Assembly: GCF_009914755.1 (NCBI RefSeq)
Contig: NC_060929.1
Reading direction: 5' to 3' (one strand)
Length of the DNA stretch: 64,000 bases
Source of the DNA: the human T2T-CHM13v2.0 reference genome, Homo sapiens
The position numbers and the translations under genes were made by a program. Shown here piece by piece: positions 27,555-39,901 of this stretch (within the stretch, counting starts at the first letter, position 1; every line of letters starts with the position of its first letter). A model generated the notes under the pieces. That model was not told where the DNA came from. It did no database searches and was given only the letters and a program-made list of their open reading frames with translations.

Positions 27555-28906
27555 TTACTCTGATTTACTTACTCTGTCTTATTTTGTTTGTTCCTTATTT
27601 TTCTTCCCATTCCTTCATTTGCTATTTTTCTTCTCATTCCTTCATTTGCTATGTCAAAATTTTCTATTACAACACCAAAAAGTGGATAATGAAATAGAAT
27701 TAGATGATCCTCAAATTAGTTAATTTTACTATTTGCTGCCACCACTGGAAACTTGAAAGTTCTATATTATGAATATAAATGTCCATACAGAAACAGTGTT
27801 TGTGGCAGCACAATATCAATTACTTGACACATTTTTTTCTACATTTGTGTGCAGTGCAGAACAATGCCATTGATAGAGGATGTTTTTCACTTACCTACTT
27901 ATCAACTGCAACATTTCCATTTGACCTGACTGGCACAAGGACTGTGGGTCTGTTATTTATATTTACTCCTTAATGCAGCTTGTTTTCTTGGAAGCCAAGC
28001 CCAGCATTTCAGGTCTGTGACTCTGAGACTCTAATCTTACATGGCTGTCAGTGAGTAATTTAACCTATAGTTTACACTTTGAAATATTTGAGCATCTAGA
28101 GAAATAATCTGGACCTATAAGAAATGCTTTAAGTTACAGAAGTTCAGTGTATGCTCCTGGAGAGGGAGGGAAACCTTTTTACTTTCTCCTCATCAATAAA
28201 TTGTAGGAGTGCTATTTCCTAAAATAATATGACCAGAGATTTAGGAATGATGGTGAATATTTACATGAATGACAAGACAGATCAAAGGGGCAGTTATCTT
28301 ACAGAAATACTGCATCCCATTCTTGGAGAAACCATGGGGGCAAGTAAATATATCAGGTTTCCCTAATGGTTTGTCATTCTGCAGAGAGGGGAAGATGTGG
28401 AATTATGTGTGCTGAGGTCTAATACGAGGATATATAATAGGCATTTGGACTGCCACTATTATTAGCTGTCAGTGGTGAGTCAGAACTCACAATCTACATA
28501 TAAAGTAGATAGCACTTGGCAAGAATTATGAATTGGAATTATGAATCAGTAACTTTTCATATTCCACAGGTTGGGATGGGGTAGAAAAGTAATGTACTAG
28601 TATATTCCAAGGAAATAAACTAAGAATAAATGAAAATATTATATATAGTTTTATTATATGTAGTGATGTTATATATAGTTTTGCAAAATGGAGAAACTGG
28701 GTAAAGTGCACACAGAATTGTTTTTATTTCTTACAACTGAATATGCATCTACAATTATCTTAACTAAAATTTCCATTAAAAAAAGAGGGGGAAAGGTTTT
28801 AACTCTTAATAGCAGAAGCATAATTTTCACATTATTTAGATTGCCATTGTGCCTTTACAAAGCACTGAAATGTTTCTGAATAATGAGGAATGTGAGACTT
28901 AAACCT

Positions 28907-31067
28907 TGCATTAGTTCCTTCTCATGCTGCTAATAAAGACATACTTGAGACTGGGTAATTTATAAAGGAAAGAGGTTTAATTGACTCAGTTCAGCATGGC
29001 TGGTGAAGCCTCAGGAAACTTACAATCAGGTAGAAGGGGAAGCAAACACGTCCTTCACATGATGGCAGGAAGAAGTGCTGAGCAGAAGTGGGAAAAGCCC
29101 TTTATAAAACCACCAGATCGCATGAGAACCTGCTGACTATCAGAAAACAGCAGCATGGGGTAACCACCCCCATGATTCAATTACTTTCTACCAGGTCCCT
29201 CCCAAATGGGAGAATTCAGCCAAAATGAAGAGGCTACAGGCCCCATCCAAGTCCAGAATCCAGCGGGGCAGTCAAATCTTAGAGCTCCAAAATGATATCC
29301 TTTGACTGCATGTCTCACATCCAGGTCACAGTGATGCAAGAGGTGGGCTCCCACAGCCTTGGGCAGCTCCATCCCTGTGGCTGAGCAGTGTACAGACCTC
29401 CTCTCAGCTGCTTTCACAGTTGGCATTGAGTGTCTGTTGCCTTTCCAGGCACATGGTGCAAGCCGTGGGTGGATCTAACATTCCAAGGTCTGGAGAATGG
29501 TGGCCCTCTTCTCACAGCTCCACTAGGCAGTGCACCAGTGGAGACTCTTCGTGGGGGCTCTCACCCCACATTTCACTTTCATACTGCCCTAGCAGAGGTT
29601 CTTAGTGAGGGTTCCTCCCCTGCAGAAAACTTCTTCCTGGACCTCCAGGCATTTCCACACATCTTCTGAAATCTAGGCAGAGGTTCCCAAACCTCAGTTC
29701 TTGACTTCTGTGCACCCACAGGCTCAACACCAAATGGAAGCTGCCAAGGCTTGGGGCTTGCACCCTCTGAAGCCAAGGCCCAAGCTATACCTTGGCCTCT
29801 TTTAGCCAAGTCCTAGGACACAAGGCACCAAGTCCTGAGGCTGCACAGAGCAGCAAGGCCCTAGGCCTAGCCAAACCATTTTTTCCTCCTGGGCCACTGG
29901 GTCTGTGATGGAAGGGGCTGCTGTGAAGACCTCTCATATGCCCTGGAGACATTTTCCCTATTGTTTTGACAAGTAACTTTTGGCTCCTCGTTACTTATGC
30001 AAATTTCTGCAGCTGGCTTGAATATCTCCTCAGAAAATGGGTTTTTCTTTTCTATCACATCATCAGGCTGCAAATTTTCCAAACCTTTATGCTCTGCTTC
30101 CCTTTTAAACATACGTTCCAATTCAAACCATATCTTTGTGAATTAATAAAACTGAATGCTCTTATGAGCACTCAAGTTACACCTTGAATGCTTTGCTGCT
30201 TAGACATTTCTTCCACCAGATCATCTTCCACCTAAATCATCTCTCTTCAGTTCAAAGTTCCACAGATCTCTAGGGCAGGGGCAAAATGCCAACAGTCTGT
30301 TTGCTAAAACATAGCAAGACCTTTATTCCAGTTCCTAGCAAGCTTATCATCTCCATCTGAGACCATGCCAGCCTGGACTTCATTGTTCATATCACTATCA
30401 GCATTTTTGTCAAAGCCATTCAACAAGGCTCTAGAAAGTTACAAACTTTCTGACATCTTCCTGTCTTCTTCTGAGCCCTCCAAATTGTTCTAACTTCTGC
30501 CTATTACCCAGTTCCAAAGTCACTTCCACATTTTTGTGTATCTTTATGGCAGCACCCTATTTCTGGTACCAATTTCCTGTATTAGTTCCTTCTCACACTG
30601 CTAATAAAGACATACCCAAGATTGGGTAATTTATAAAGGAAAGAAGTTTAATTGACTTACAGTTCAGCATGGCTGGAGGAGCCTCAGGAAACTTACAATC
30701 AGGCAGATTGCTTCAGAAGGGGAAGCAAACACGTCCTTCTTCACATGATGGCAAGAAGGAGAAGTGCCAAGCAAAAGGGGGAAAAGCTCCTTATAAAACT
30801 ATCAGATCTCATGAGAACTCACTATCATGAGAACAGCAGAAAGGGGGTAACCACCCCATGATTCAATTACTTTCCACCAAGTCCCTCCCATGACACGTGG
30901 GGATTATGGAAACTACAATTCAAAATAAGACTTGAATTTATGGAACTTATGTAAAGTCTCAGTACTCTACATAAATAGGAGAACAAAAAAAAATTATTAA
31001 ATTATATTCTTTGGCCATTAAAAAATACACCACACAATTTGGGTGGGGACACAGCCAAACCATATCA
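28907..31067 (-). mobile_element. THE1/MaLR provirus-like element (LTR-internal-LTR)
   Basis: Two similar LTRs (28907 to ~29203, truncated by a deletion into the internal region; 30578-31067), THE1-int sequence between them, 5-bp TSD aacct at 28902-28906 and 31068-31072. Confidence 0.9.
30936..31039 (-). repeat. 104-bp inverted copy of 31698-31801 inserted in the THE1 LTR
   Basis: Manual reverse complement gives 102/104 identity. Confidence 0.95.
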
Positions 31068-32747
31068 AACCTTAAAAAGAGATAGTGAATGAAGAAACTT
31101 TAACCTATTACATATGAATGTGAAGGTTACAATATACTGAGTCTCAGATGTGCTGAACTTGTTAGTCATTATTATAGTCACCTTGGAAAAATAAAAGATT
31201 ATTAATGGTTGAATCCAGTACCTATGTTTTTCAGAGGAATAGTTATGATGTTTTTAGTAAATAAATTCATATTGAAAATAAACTTTCAGATATAGGATAA
31301 ATTATTTGGTGTTTCATACTAGCAAGAGTGACTTCATATTTTCCCTTTACCATTTTCCCATAATTTAATAATACTATGAGTATTCTTACATTGGTTCCTA
31401 TCTAATAAAATTTCACATTTCAGTTGATAATGACCCCATAAATATCTTATGAAATCTGTTTTGTTAATGATGATACTTCCATTTCATAAATTTAATTTTT
31501 TCTAGATACCACTGTGTGGTTTTTAACTGCATATAATAGCATATATAAAGAGTATTACTGAAGTTTTAGATTGACAAAGCTGAATCAATATTTTGTGTTC
31601 AATTGAATGCATCATTAATAAGAACTACTTCAGGGACTTATTGTTGTCTTTCAGGAAAACTATACCCAAAAGACTGTAACAGTCAAGTAGCTCAGATAAT
31701 TGTGTGGTGTATTTTTTAATGGCCAAAGAATATAATTTAAGAATTTTTTTTTGTTCTCCTATTTATGTAGAGTACTGAGACTCTACATAAGTTCCATAAA
31801 TATGGCAGCCAACTGATGAATGGATTCATGACAGATCCAAGCAGTCTGTTACCTTCCCAAATTGCAAATATATAATAGCAAATATTTAATGTTATTCAGA
31901 TTCTTCTTTTGCTTAACCAGTTGCACTACAAAATATTAATACTTTTTTCACAATCTTGCCTGATGCTATAAAGGCAATTCTGTTTTACAGAAATATTCAT
32001 AAGTCATTTATTGACTTGATATGTATATTTATAAACACACACACATACACACCCACACACACACGTACACACACACCCCCCTCAACTATGTACTGATCCA
32101 ATCCTTTTTTGAGAAGATAACTTGGTTTCTTGTTGTTTCATACATTTACTTCTATATTACAGAAGCTTAGATTAGAAGAGCTTATCTTTGTCATTCATCC
32201 CTGTTGACATATAACTTCCCAAACAGAAAATGAAATAAGTACCATGTCTGTGATAATTGTGAATTTAAGAAATTATATTACTAACAATTTAAATGGAAAT
32301 ATAATTTTGAAAGTATATATATATGAATATATGTCCATAATATTTTATAATAATCTAAAAGGTACTGAGTTTAAAAGCAGAAATTGTCATATTTAAGTTT
32401 TTTAATTAATTATTGCATAGTTGTTCATTTTGTAGTTATAGAATAGCTGTTATTTGGTAAGTTTTATGCCTCTAAGCATATTTTTGTCTCGAGGATAGAT
32501 TCGGTTTTGTAACTTTTAAATACTTTGAACATCCTCTTTTATATCTCTATAATATGTATATGCATGTTGTACCTAAAGTATAATAACGAACATTTTGATC
32601 ACTGCTCTTCCAGCTATTATTATAATTAATGACAAAGTTAAAATAAGTCATATTTTCTTTTGCAATATGAAAGAAAATGTCTATTGAATGACTGCATACT
32701 CTTTTGAAGAGCTTTTGAAATTTTTCAGGTACATTAAGAGTTCTTGA

Positions 32748-32890
32748 TCAATGTTTCTCAAACCCCAGTGAGCATAGGAACCACCCAAGGGTCTTGTGAA
32801 AATGCAGATTCAGGTCCAGTAGGTCTGAAACTGCATTTCCCAGCAATGCCAATGCTTCCGTTCCACTGACCACCCTGAGTAGCATGGTTC
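32748..32890. mobile_element. MER5A-like DNA transposon remnant
   Basis: tttctcaaac...aaaatgcagattc...agtaggtctg...gaccaccctgagtagca. Confidence 0.65.
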
Positions 32891-33061
32891 TACAGGTTAA
32901 TGGGGTATATTATAATCCAAATGACTGAAATGTGGCAGACAAAGAGTGAAGTCAAATACATTTGAGCTCTTTTGATTTTGTATTTATGTGAATGGTCTGC
33001 ATTTCTCAATTTCATTGGAATTTATGATTGTTTCATGTCCTATTTAATGCTTTTTGTTTAG

Positions 33062-33178
33062 CTCGTTTGACAGCAAGTTTGTTTACCAGCAAATAGGACT
33101 CGGACCAATTGAAGAAGACACTATTCTTGTCATAGATCCAAATAATGCTGCAGTACTCCAGTCCAGTGGAAAAAATCT
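33062..33178 (+). CDS. PAM: PAM PAL exon (NSFDSKFVYQQ...SSGKNL); carries codons S539 and D563
   Basis: Acceptor tgtttag|, donor CT|gtgagt; 117 nt. Confidence 0.97.
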
Positions 33179-33396
33179 GTGAGTTAAATGACTTATGTTG
33201 TTAAGACTTGTACTACATATATTGAGTATAAAGTGTATCATAGAGTCTTGAAATTCGAGTGTTTTGTATAACTGCACTTGAGAAAGCAGAAAACTAACTG
33301 GGCCATCCCATCTTTCATTTTCTACATAGGTGTTTCTAAATCTTGACTGAATATTAGAATCATCTGGGAAGCTTCAAAATATTTAGATTCACTTAT

Positions 33397-33630
33397 CTGT
33401 TTGCCATTTGTATGTTTTCTTCTGAGAACTGTCTATTCAGGTCCTTGCCTATTTCATAATTGCTAAATGAGTATATTTGGAATGTTCTCACCTCAAAAAT
33501 GTTAGGTATTTGAGGTGATGGATATGTTCATTAGCTTGATTTAATCACTCCACATTGTATACATATGTCATAACATCACATTGTACCCCATAAATGTATA
33601 CAATTAAAATTTGTCAATTTGTCCTTTAAA
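33397..33630. mobile_element. Short L1 insertion with inverted 5' part, splitting a MER5-like element
   Basis: 33397 to ~33457 is antisense L1 ORF2/3' sequence, ~33458-33630 is a sense L1MA 3' end; MER5-like halves on each side. Confidence 0.6.
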
Positions 33631-35178
33631 AAATTAGATTTAGATTCTGTATAGAGTGGGGCTAATAATCTTAAGTTCCCAGGTGATTTTAATATGTAGT
33701 CAAGCTTGTTACATATTACATATGTAATATATATCTTACATACTTGATTAAGTGAGTTGCTGCTCAGCCAGATCTAATGATCCAAAAAAATTCTTCAGCA
33801 GAAAAATTCTTCAGGACAACCAAACTCATCAAGTAATCACCATTAAGTAAAAGAGCTTCTCTTTTTCCGTCTCAAACTGAATACTAAACAAATGTCATTT
33901 TTAGCATTCCTTATCATGCGTATGTAATTTGGCTTTGAAAACTGCTCATTATTTAGTCTTATTTCGAGATGGCACTTGGCAGCCAAAAAAAAAAAAAAGT
34001 TGACTGATATTTATGGTCATTGAAAGAAGTGAGGGAGGCACTTGCTTACAGATCTCCTGAACCATTGTAACTTGACAGCTTCAGGAATTATACCCTTCTC
34101 CATCTGCTTAAGCACAGGGAAAGCTAGCTTCTTCGCAAGGTGGATAGCCACCGTTTTGAGTGCAGCTGCTTGGGAGATGATAATAATGATGCTTAGAATT
34201 TTTTAACAGCATTCTCAAGATTGTGTGTCAGGGGTGAAATGTTTGAACCTGTTTCATTGGTGCTCTATTTATTCACCAGAAGCACCCTCATTCCAGAAAG
34301 GAATTAAGGGGAAGGCAGAAAAACTACTGCTAAATCAACTTGGCCATCGGTGGAGTATCTGTTTGAAAGCAAATCATAATCCTCACATTCAGTTGTCAAA
34401 ACAGGGATCTAGTTCAGCTAATTAGTCAAAATCAGAGTGTTACAGTTATGGCTTATGAAAAAAAATCTGTATTGTCAACACTACACTAAGATTAGAAGCT
34501 AACAGAGCTATTGGATTGTCGGATATCATTGGACCAAACCACCTCAATGTATTGTCCATGTGTCTGTTAGCTCAGTCCAGGTTCCTTACCTAGATCATTA
34601 AGATTGATTTGCCAGATTAACCTTCTCTAATGTTTATCTAGCTCACTATTTCACTTTGCTTAGATATTCACAGCCCATGTTGGCTGGAGGTTATGTGCTG
34701 TGGGTTTTACTGTCTTTAATAGGCACTCTTTAAAGCCTTTGAGTTATATGTCTAATAGTTTATATTAACACATTACATTTCCTTGCAACATGTTTTAACC
34801 GCAAACTATATCAATCCATTTATGTTTCTTAAGTCAGTTTTATACATATTTGTAAGATGTTAACACTTATGACCTCAGAACCTGTTTTTAAACTGATACT
34901 GTTTTCTCTAATATACCATACTTTATAATAAACATTTGTAATTTATATGTAGGCTTAATTTATAAATTTTAATACTATTAAATACTACCTAAGGTTTGTC
35001 ACAAGGAGATCTCATTATAACAGTTTTTATTAACTATTCATTTTGTTCTTTTCTATAATAATGCAAGTATACATTTATCAATTTATAACTTTGCATTGTC
35101 TTTACAGATTAGAAAAATTTCTGTCACATATGCCTTGAGAGTAAATGTGTAATTAACACAAATATTTTTATTTTGCAG

Positions 35179-35251
35179 GTTTTACTTGCCACATGGCTTG
35201 AGTATAGATAAAGATGGGAATTATTGGGTCACAGACGTGGCTCTCCATCAG
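35179..35251 (+). CDS. PAM: PAM PAL exon (LFYLPHGLSIDKDGNYWVTDVALHQ), includes metal-ligand His (human H582, rat H585)
   Basis: Acceptor tttgcag|, donor CAG|gtagtc; 73 nt; NHL-repeat motif PHG. Confidence 0.97.
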
Positions 35252-35391
35252 GTAGTCTTCCTTTTGGTAATATTCAAATTAGAAGCTAACAGAGTTATGC
35301 TTTTGAAGAGCTCTGGAGTTGTATGGGTTTTTTGTTTGTTTGTTTTTTCTTCTGTCACCCAGTAAGTTATAACAAGAAAATAGAGCAGCCA

Positions 35392-35757
35392 TGTCTTAGT
35401 TCAGCATGTTATAACAAAGTACTATAGTCTGGGTGGCTTATACACAACAGAAATTTGTTTCTCACAGGTCTGGAGTCTGGAATTCAAGAACAGGGTGCCA
35501 GCATGGTTGAGTTCTAGTGAGGGCCCTCTTCTGGGTTATAGGCTGCTAATTTCTCATAGTATCCTTGCATGGCCAGAGAGATAAGAGTGACAGTAATCTC
35601 TGTTATCTCTTCTTATGGCACTAATCCCATTCATGAGAACTCTACCCTTTTGTCCTGATTACCTCCCAAAGGCCCTGCTTCATATTACCATCATATTGGG
35701 GGTTAGGATTTCAACATGTGAATTTGGATTTGAGGCACAAACATTCAGTCCATAACA
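35392..35757 (-). mobile_element. MLT1A-like MaLR solo LTR
   Basis: tgtcttagt...acattcagtccataaca ends; typical MLT1 body. Confidence 0.8.
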
Positions 35758-35932
35758 ATCCACATCTGAAATATTTCTCTTAGAACTCAATGCTAGGGAA
35801 AGCTAGTATGTAAATGATGAAGTCACATTTGTCCCTTGGACCAGATATGAAGCTTCACTCAAATAACTACATGGGCCCTCCCAACCATTTTCTTAACTGT
35901 CTGTATTTGCCTTTATTTCCTCTGTTCCTAAC

Positions 35933-36265
35933 TTGTTGTTGTTGTTGTTGTTGTTGTTGTTGCTGTTGTTGTTGTTGTTTGAGACAGGGTCTCACTCTGT
36001 CCCTCAGGCTGGAGTGCAGTGGCACGATCTTGGCTCACTACAGCCTCCACCTCCCAGGCTGAGGTGATCCTCCCACCTTAGCCTCCCAAGTAGCTGGGAC
36101 CACAGTCACACACCAGCATACTTGGCTAATTTTTTTAAATTTTTTGTAGAGATGGGATTTTGCCAGGTTGCCCAGGCTGGTCTTGAATTCCTGGACTCAT
36201 GCAATCCACCTACCTCAGCCTTGCAAAGTGCTGTAATTAACAGGTGTGGCCATCGTGTCTGGGCC
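35933..36265 (-). mobile_element. AluJ-like element with (GTT)n tail microsatellite
   Basis: (TTG)n at 35933-35980 followed by a reverse Alu. Confidence 0.9.
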
Positions 36266-36826
36266 TAAGTCTTATTTCTATTTTTTTACTTATTTTTTTA
36301 TGTTTTTTTCTTAAACTACCTTAATCTTCTATAAATTGAGGCTAGGCCTCTAGTAAATGTATATTTATATATAAAAAGTGAAATTTGTGTTATTTTTAAA
36401 AAGTTATATCAAGCGTAATATGCTTTTCATGAATAGGTGGCAAATAACTTGGAAAACATCATCTCAGTAAACATTTATTGCTCATGTATTATCTGGAGTG
36501 CATTGTAGTATTATCTAAGGAAAGACAAAAAGGAAACATCAGGGTGGACAGAACTGGGTATCCATGTACTAGTCTCCATTCACTACTAATTAACCGCGTG
36601 ACCTTGAGCAAATCATTTAATCTTCATAGGCTTTATTATCAAATGAAGGAACCAGACCAGATGATTTCTAGGATCCCGTTCAGTTCTAACAAGTATTAAT
36701 ACCTTCTTTTAAATAAGTCTCTGGGAGCTTCTACTCCAATTGCTTGTGAAAGTGGTCTTAGTCATGTGGGTGTAAGTCACTAATAACCATGAAAAGTAGG
36801 TAAGGCTTTTGTTCCTTTTTAAAAAG

Positions 36827-37037
36827 GTGTTCAAACTGGATCCAAACAATAAAGAAGGCCCTGTATTAATCCTGGGAAGGAGCATGCAACCAGGCAGTGA
36901 CCAGAATCACTTCTGTCAACCCACTGATGTGGCTGTGGATCCAGGCACTGGAGCCATTTATGTATCAGATGGTTACTGCAACAGCAGGATTGTGCAGTTT
37001 TCACCAAGTGGAAAGTTCATCACACAGTGGGGAGAAG
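36827..37037 (+). CDS. PAM: PAM PAL exon (VFKLDPNNKEG...DGYCNSRIVQF...QWGE), includes the catalytic Tyr
   Basis: Acceptor taaaaag|, donor G|gtaccc; 211 nt. Confidence 0.96.
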
Positions 37038-37190
37038 GTACCCAATAAGACTCTTAATCTCCAGTTGTAATTCTTAGCCAGTATCACTGGGAACTAAATA
37101 TTGGCCAACACTCACATTCTTTAAGCTGTAATTGTCCCCTACAGGGTCATTGTAACCTGGGTCATTGTATGCATCCAGTTAGCTTGTCTC

Positions 37191-37214
37191 TCACACACAC
37201 ACACACACACATAT

Positions 37215-37252
<38 letters not shown>
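37191..37252. repeat. (CA)n microsatellite
   Basis: CA run with a short interruption. Confidence 0.95.
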
Positions 37253-37255
<3 letters not shown>

Positions 37256-37486
37256 TTGTAAGGAAAATAATGTATCCACCAAACAACTATCCAAATAGGG
37301 AGAAAATCTGTAATGCATTTGTGGATAAAAGACATTATAAAATAATCTTATAAACTGCTTTACCTTATCTTTCCCCTGGCTCCAGGCATTTAATGGTTTA
37401 CTATCATGAATTTAGAAACATACTAGAGAGTCAAACTTTGGGTGATTTTTAACATTGTGTATCTAAGGCTTTTTTTTGTTCTGCAG

Positions 37487-37687
37487 AGTCTTCAGGGAGC
37501 AGTCCTCTGCCAGGCCAGTTCACTGTTCCTCACAGCTTGGCTCTTGTGCCTCTTTTGGGCCAATTATGTGTGGCAGACCGGGAAAATGGTCGGATCCAGT
37601 GTTTTAAAACTGACACCAAAGAATTTGTGAGAGAGATTAAGCATTCATCATTTGGAAGAAATGTATTTGCAATTTCATATATACCAG
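37487..37687 (+). CDS. PAM: PAM PAL exon (ESSGSSPLPGQFTVPHSL...ADRENGRIQCF...SYIP)
   Basis: Acceptor tctgcag|, donor G|gtattt; 201 nt; PHS His ligand and ADREN catalytic Arg. Confidence 0.97.
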
Positions 37688-38324
37688 GTATTTCATCTTA
37701 ATATGTTTGTTGTCTTCTGTCCTACTGTACTCTATCCTTAAAAATTGTGTTATCTTAATGTGCTCTTTTTATAAATTTTCTTTGCTATATATTTCACATC
37801 TTAAAAGTATCTTACAACTGTTAGTGTGTTCTAACTCAGTTTTGATTAAGGTACCACTATTCATTGTACAGAAACAATGAAGAACTCAAAGGATTTAACA
37901 CCTGTTTGTAAGGGGTTAAAAATGTTCCCAAACATTGATTTTCATTTTATCTTAATTATGATCATCTGCTCCAGTATTAAATAATTAATATTTGTCTTCA
38001 CACATCGACAAATGGTATATGTCTGATAAAATCAGTATTCAAAATACTCATTTCACATTTTTAAAAACAGTAGTGACCAATTTTTTTAAAGATAAAATAT
38101 GTAAAAATAAGTGTGGCTTATGCCTAAATACCAGGATAAATAATCAATAAAATCTTGAACTTTTTTCTCATTTTCAAAATAGATTTTCTTGACTCTAAGA
38201 AAATCTGAAAAATAATTCAGACTAATAAAATAAAATACATATAACTTATATTACAAAACAACTTACCATATTTTCTTTAAATAATGAAAATATATTTAAT
38301 TTCTGAAATTTACATACAATTACA

Positions 38325-38495
38325 ATTTTTTTAAATTGTAATTGACATAGTAATTGTATATATTTGTAGAGTACAATGTGATATTTTGATGTATGTTTAC
38401 AATGTGGAATGACTAAGTAAGGCTAATTAGCAAACCCATCACCTCACATACTTATGTTTTATGGTGAAAACATTTAAAATATGCTCTTTTCACAA
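38325..38495 (-). mobile_element. L1MA 3'-end fragment
   Basis: taattgacatagtaattgtatatatt...acccatcacctcacatactta. Confidence 0.7.
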
Positions 38496-39785
38496 TGAAG
38501 TGAAATGAGATCAATAACGAGGAATTTTTGAAAAATTCACAATTAAAGGGCACAACATATTTTAATAAAAACATCTATACCTGTATTAAAGCAGCATTGA
38601 CTATTTATAGGTATTACTGTAATATTTATGTTTCTTATAAGTTGCATATGGCTACTATCTGGACCAAGCAGCCCCCCAAATTATTTAGGACATAAAATCA
38701 AGGGACTCAGGTGATTGATAGAGAGCAAATTTGGCTTCCTCAAGGAATAAAGAAAAAGTAATAAGAGGTTCTCACAACTATCATTCTTTAGGTTGGTTTG
38801 CCGCACATTTAAAGAAAAATTTGTCAGGACCCTTTACTTAATTAAGAGGGTGATCAAGTTCATAATAAACAAAAATAAATTAAATATAAGAAGAAAATTA
38901 TCAGTTGAGAAGGAATATGGTTAAGAACAGAATCTAAGCAAAAGATAATTTTCTCTATAATTTTGCACAATAGTAATTGATGTTTATAGTGTTTTTTATA
39001 GTACATCCTAGAAAACTATAATCCTTCAAGAATGATGAAAATATCTTCAATGGTGGCTTAGCATTGTGTATAATTTATTATGTTTTAATTCTTTGAAAAT
39101 GTAGTGGTTCAATCATCTGAATTGTTTATTTAACGTAAACATCACCATTTTCATTGTTCTGAATAAACAGTATTGTGTTAAGAAATATAATTTTACTACA
39201 AAAAGTATTCATGGTGTGAAAATTAAAAAGATGGTCTTTTTTAATTAAGGAAAATATGTCTTTGATAATCTGAAATATACATCTCACATTTTCAAATTCT
39301 AGTTGTTTAAAATCAGATTGTTCTATATAGACTGTAACTTCACTTATTTTCTTTGATTTTCTCTTGGATTCTCCATGTAGCTATGGCAAATATTACTTAT
39401 TTTTTAAAAGATCTGAGACTCCAAAATTATTGGCCTAAATAACCTGACTTTCCCCAATTCCTATTTAGGATGCCTGTAATAGCTATATATGTGTATTATA
39501 TCTATATATCAATATCTATGTATTTCTGATTTCTACTGGTTTTCCAAGTGGACCACACATTTCAGTTCCCGATTTTCCTGTCACAAGGAGGTTAGTCCTC
39601 TAACCAGTTTGCCACTGATCTGGTTACTCAGGAGGAGACACTAAGTATTTTATATTCTACTTTTGTTGCCAATTGTAGGGACCAGGTTGACCCTAAATTT
39701 ATTCTTTGCATAATATACATGGATATATTAGAAGTCCATTCTTACCCATATTTTAAAGAAAGGTTAACTGGATTTGCTGTTGCAG

Positions 39786-39901
39786 GCTTGCTCTTTGCAG
39801 TGAATGGGAAGCCTCATTTTGGGGACCAAGAACCTGTACAAGGATTTGTGATGAACTTTTCCAATGGGGAAATTATCGACATCTTCAAGCCAGTGCGCAA
39901 G
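39786..39901 (+). CDS. PAM: PAM PAL exon (GLLFAVNGKPHFG...NFSNGEIIDIFKPVRK)
   Basis: Acceptor gttgcag|, donor AAG|gtattt; 116 nt; NFS glycosylation sequon. Confidence 0.97.

Noticed and set aside
27596-27652. 27-bp tandem duplication (also 23-bp at 60161-60206 and 14-bp near 33785)
   Set aside because: Two-copy slippage duplications with no spacers; not CRISPR-like and common in genomes
29181-30861. Cluster of ORFs in the LTR element
   Set aside because: Decayed THE1 internal and LTR sequence
35814-36062. Poly-Cys ORF
   Set aside because: (TGT)n Alu tail
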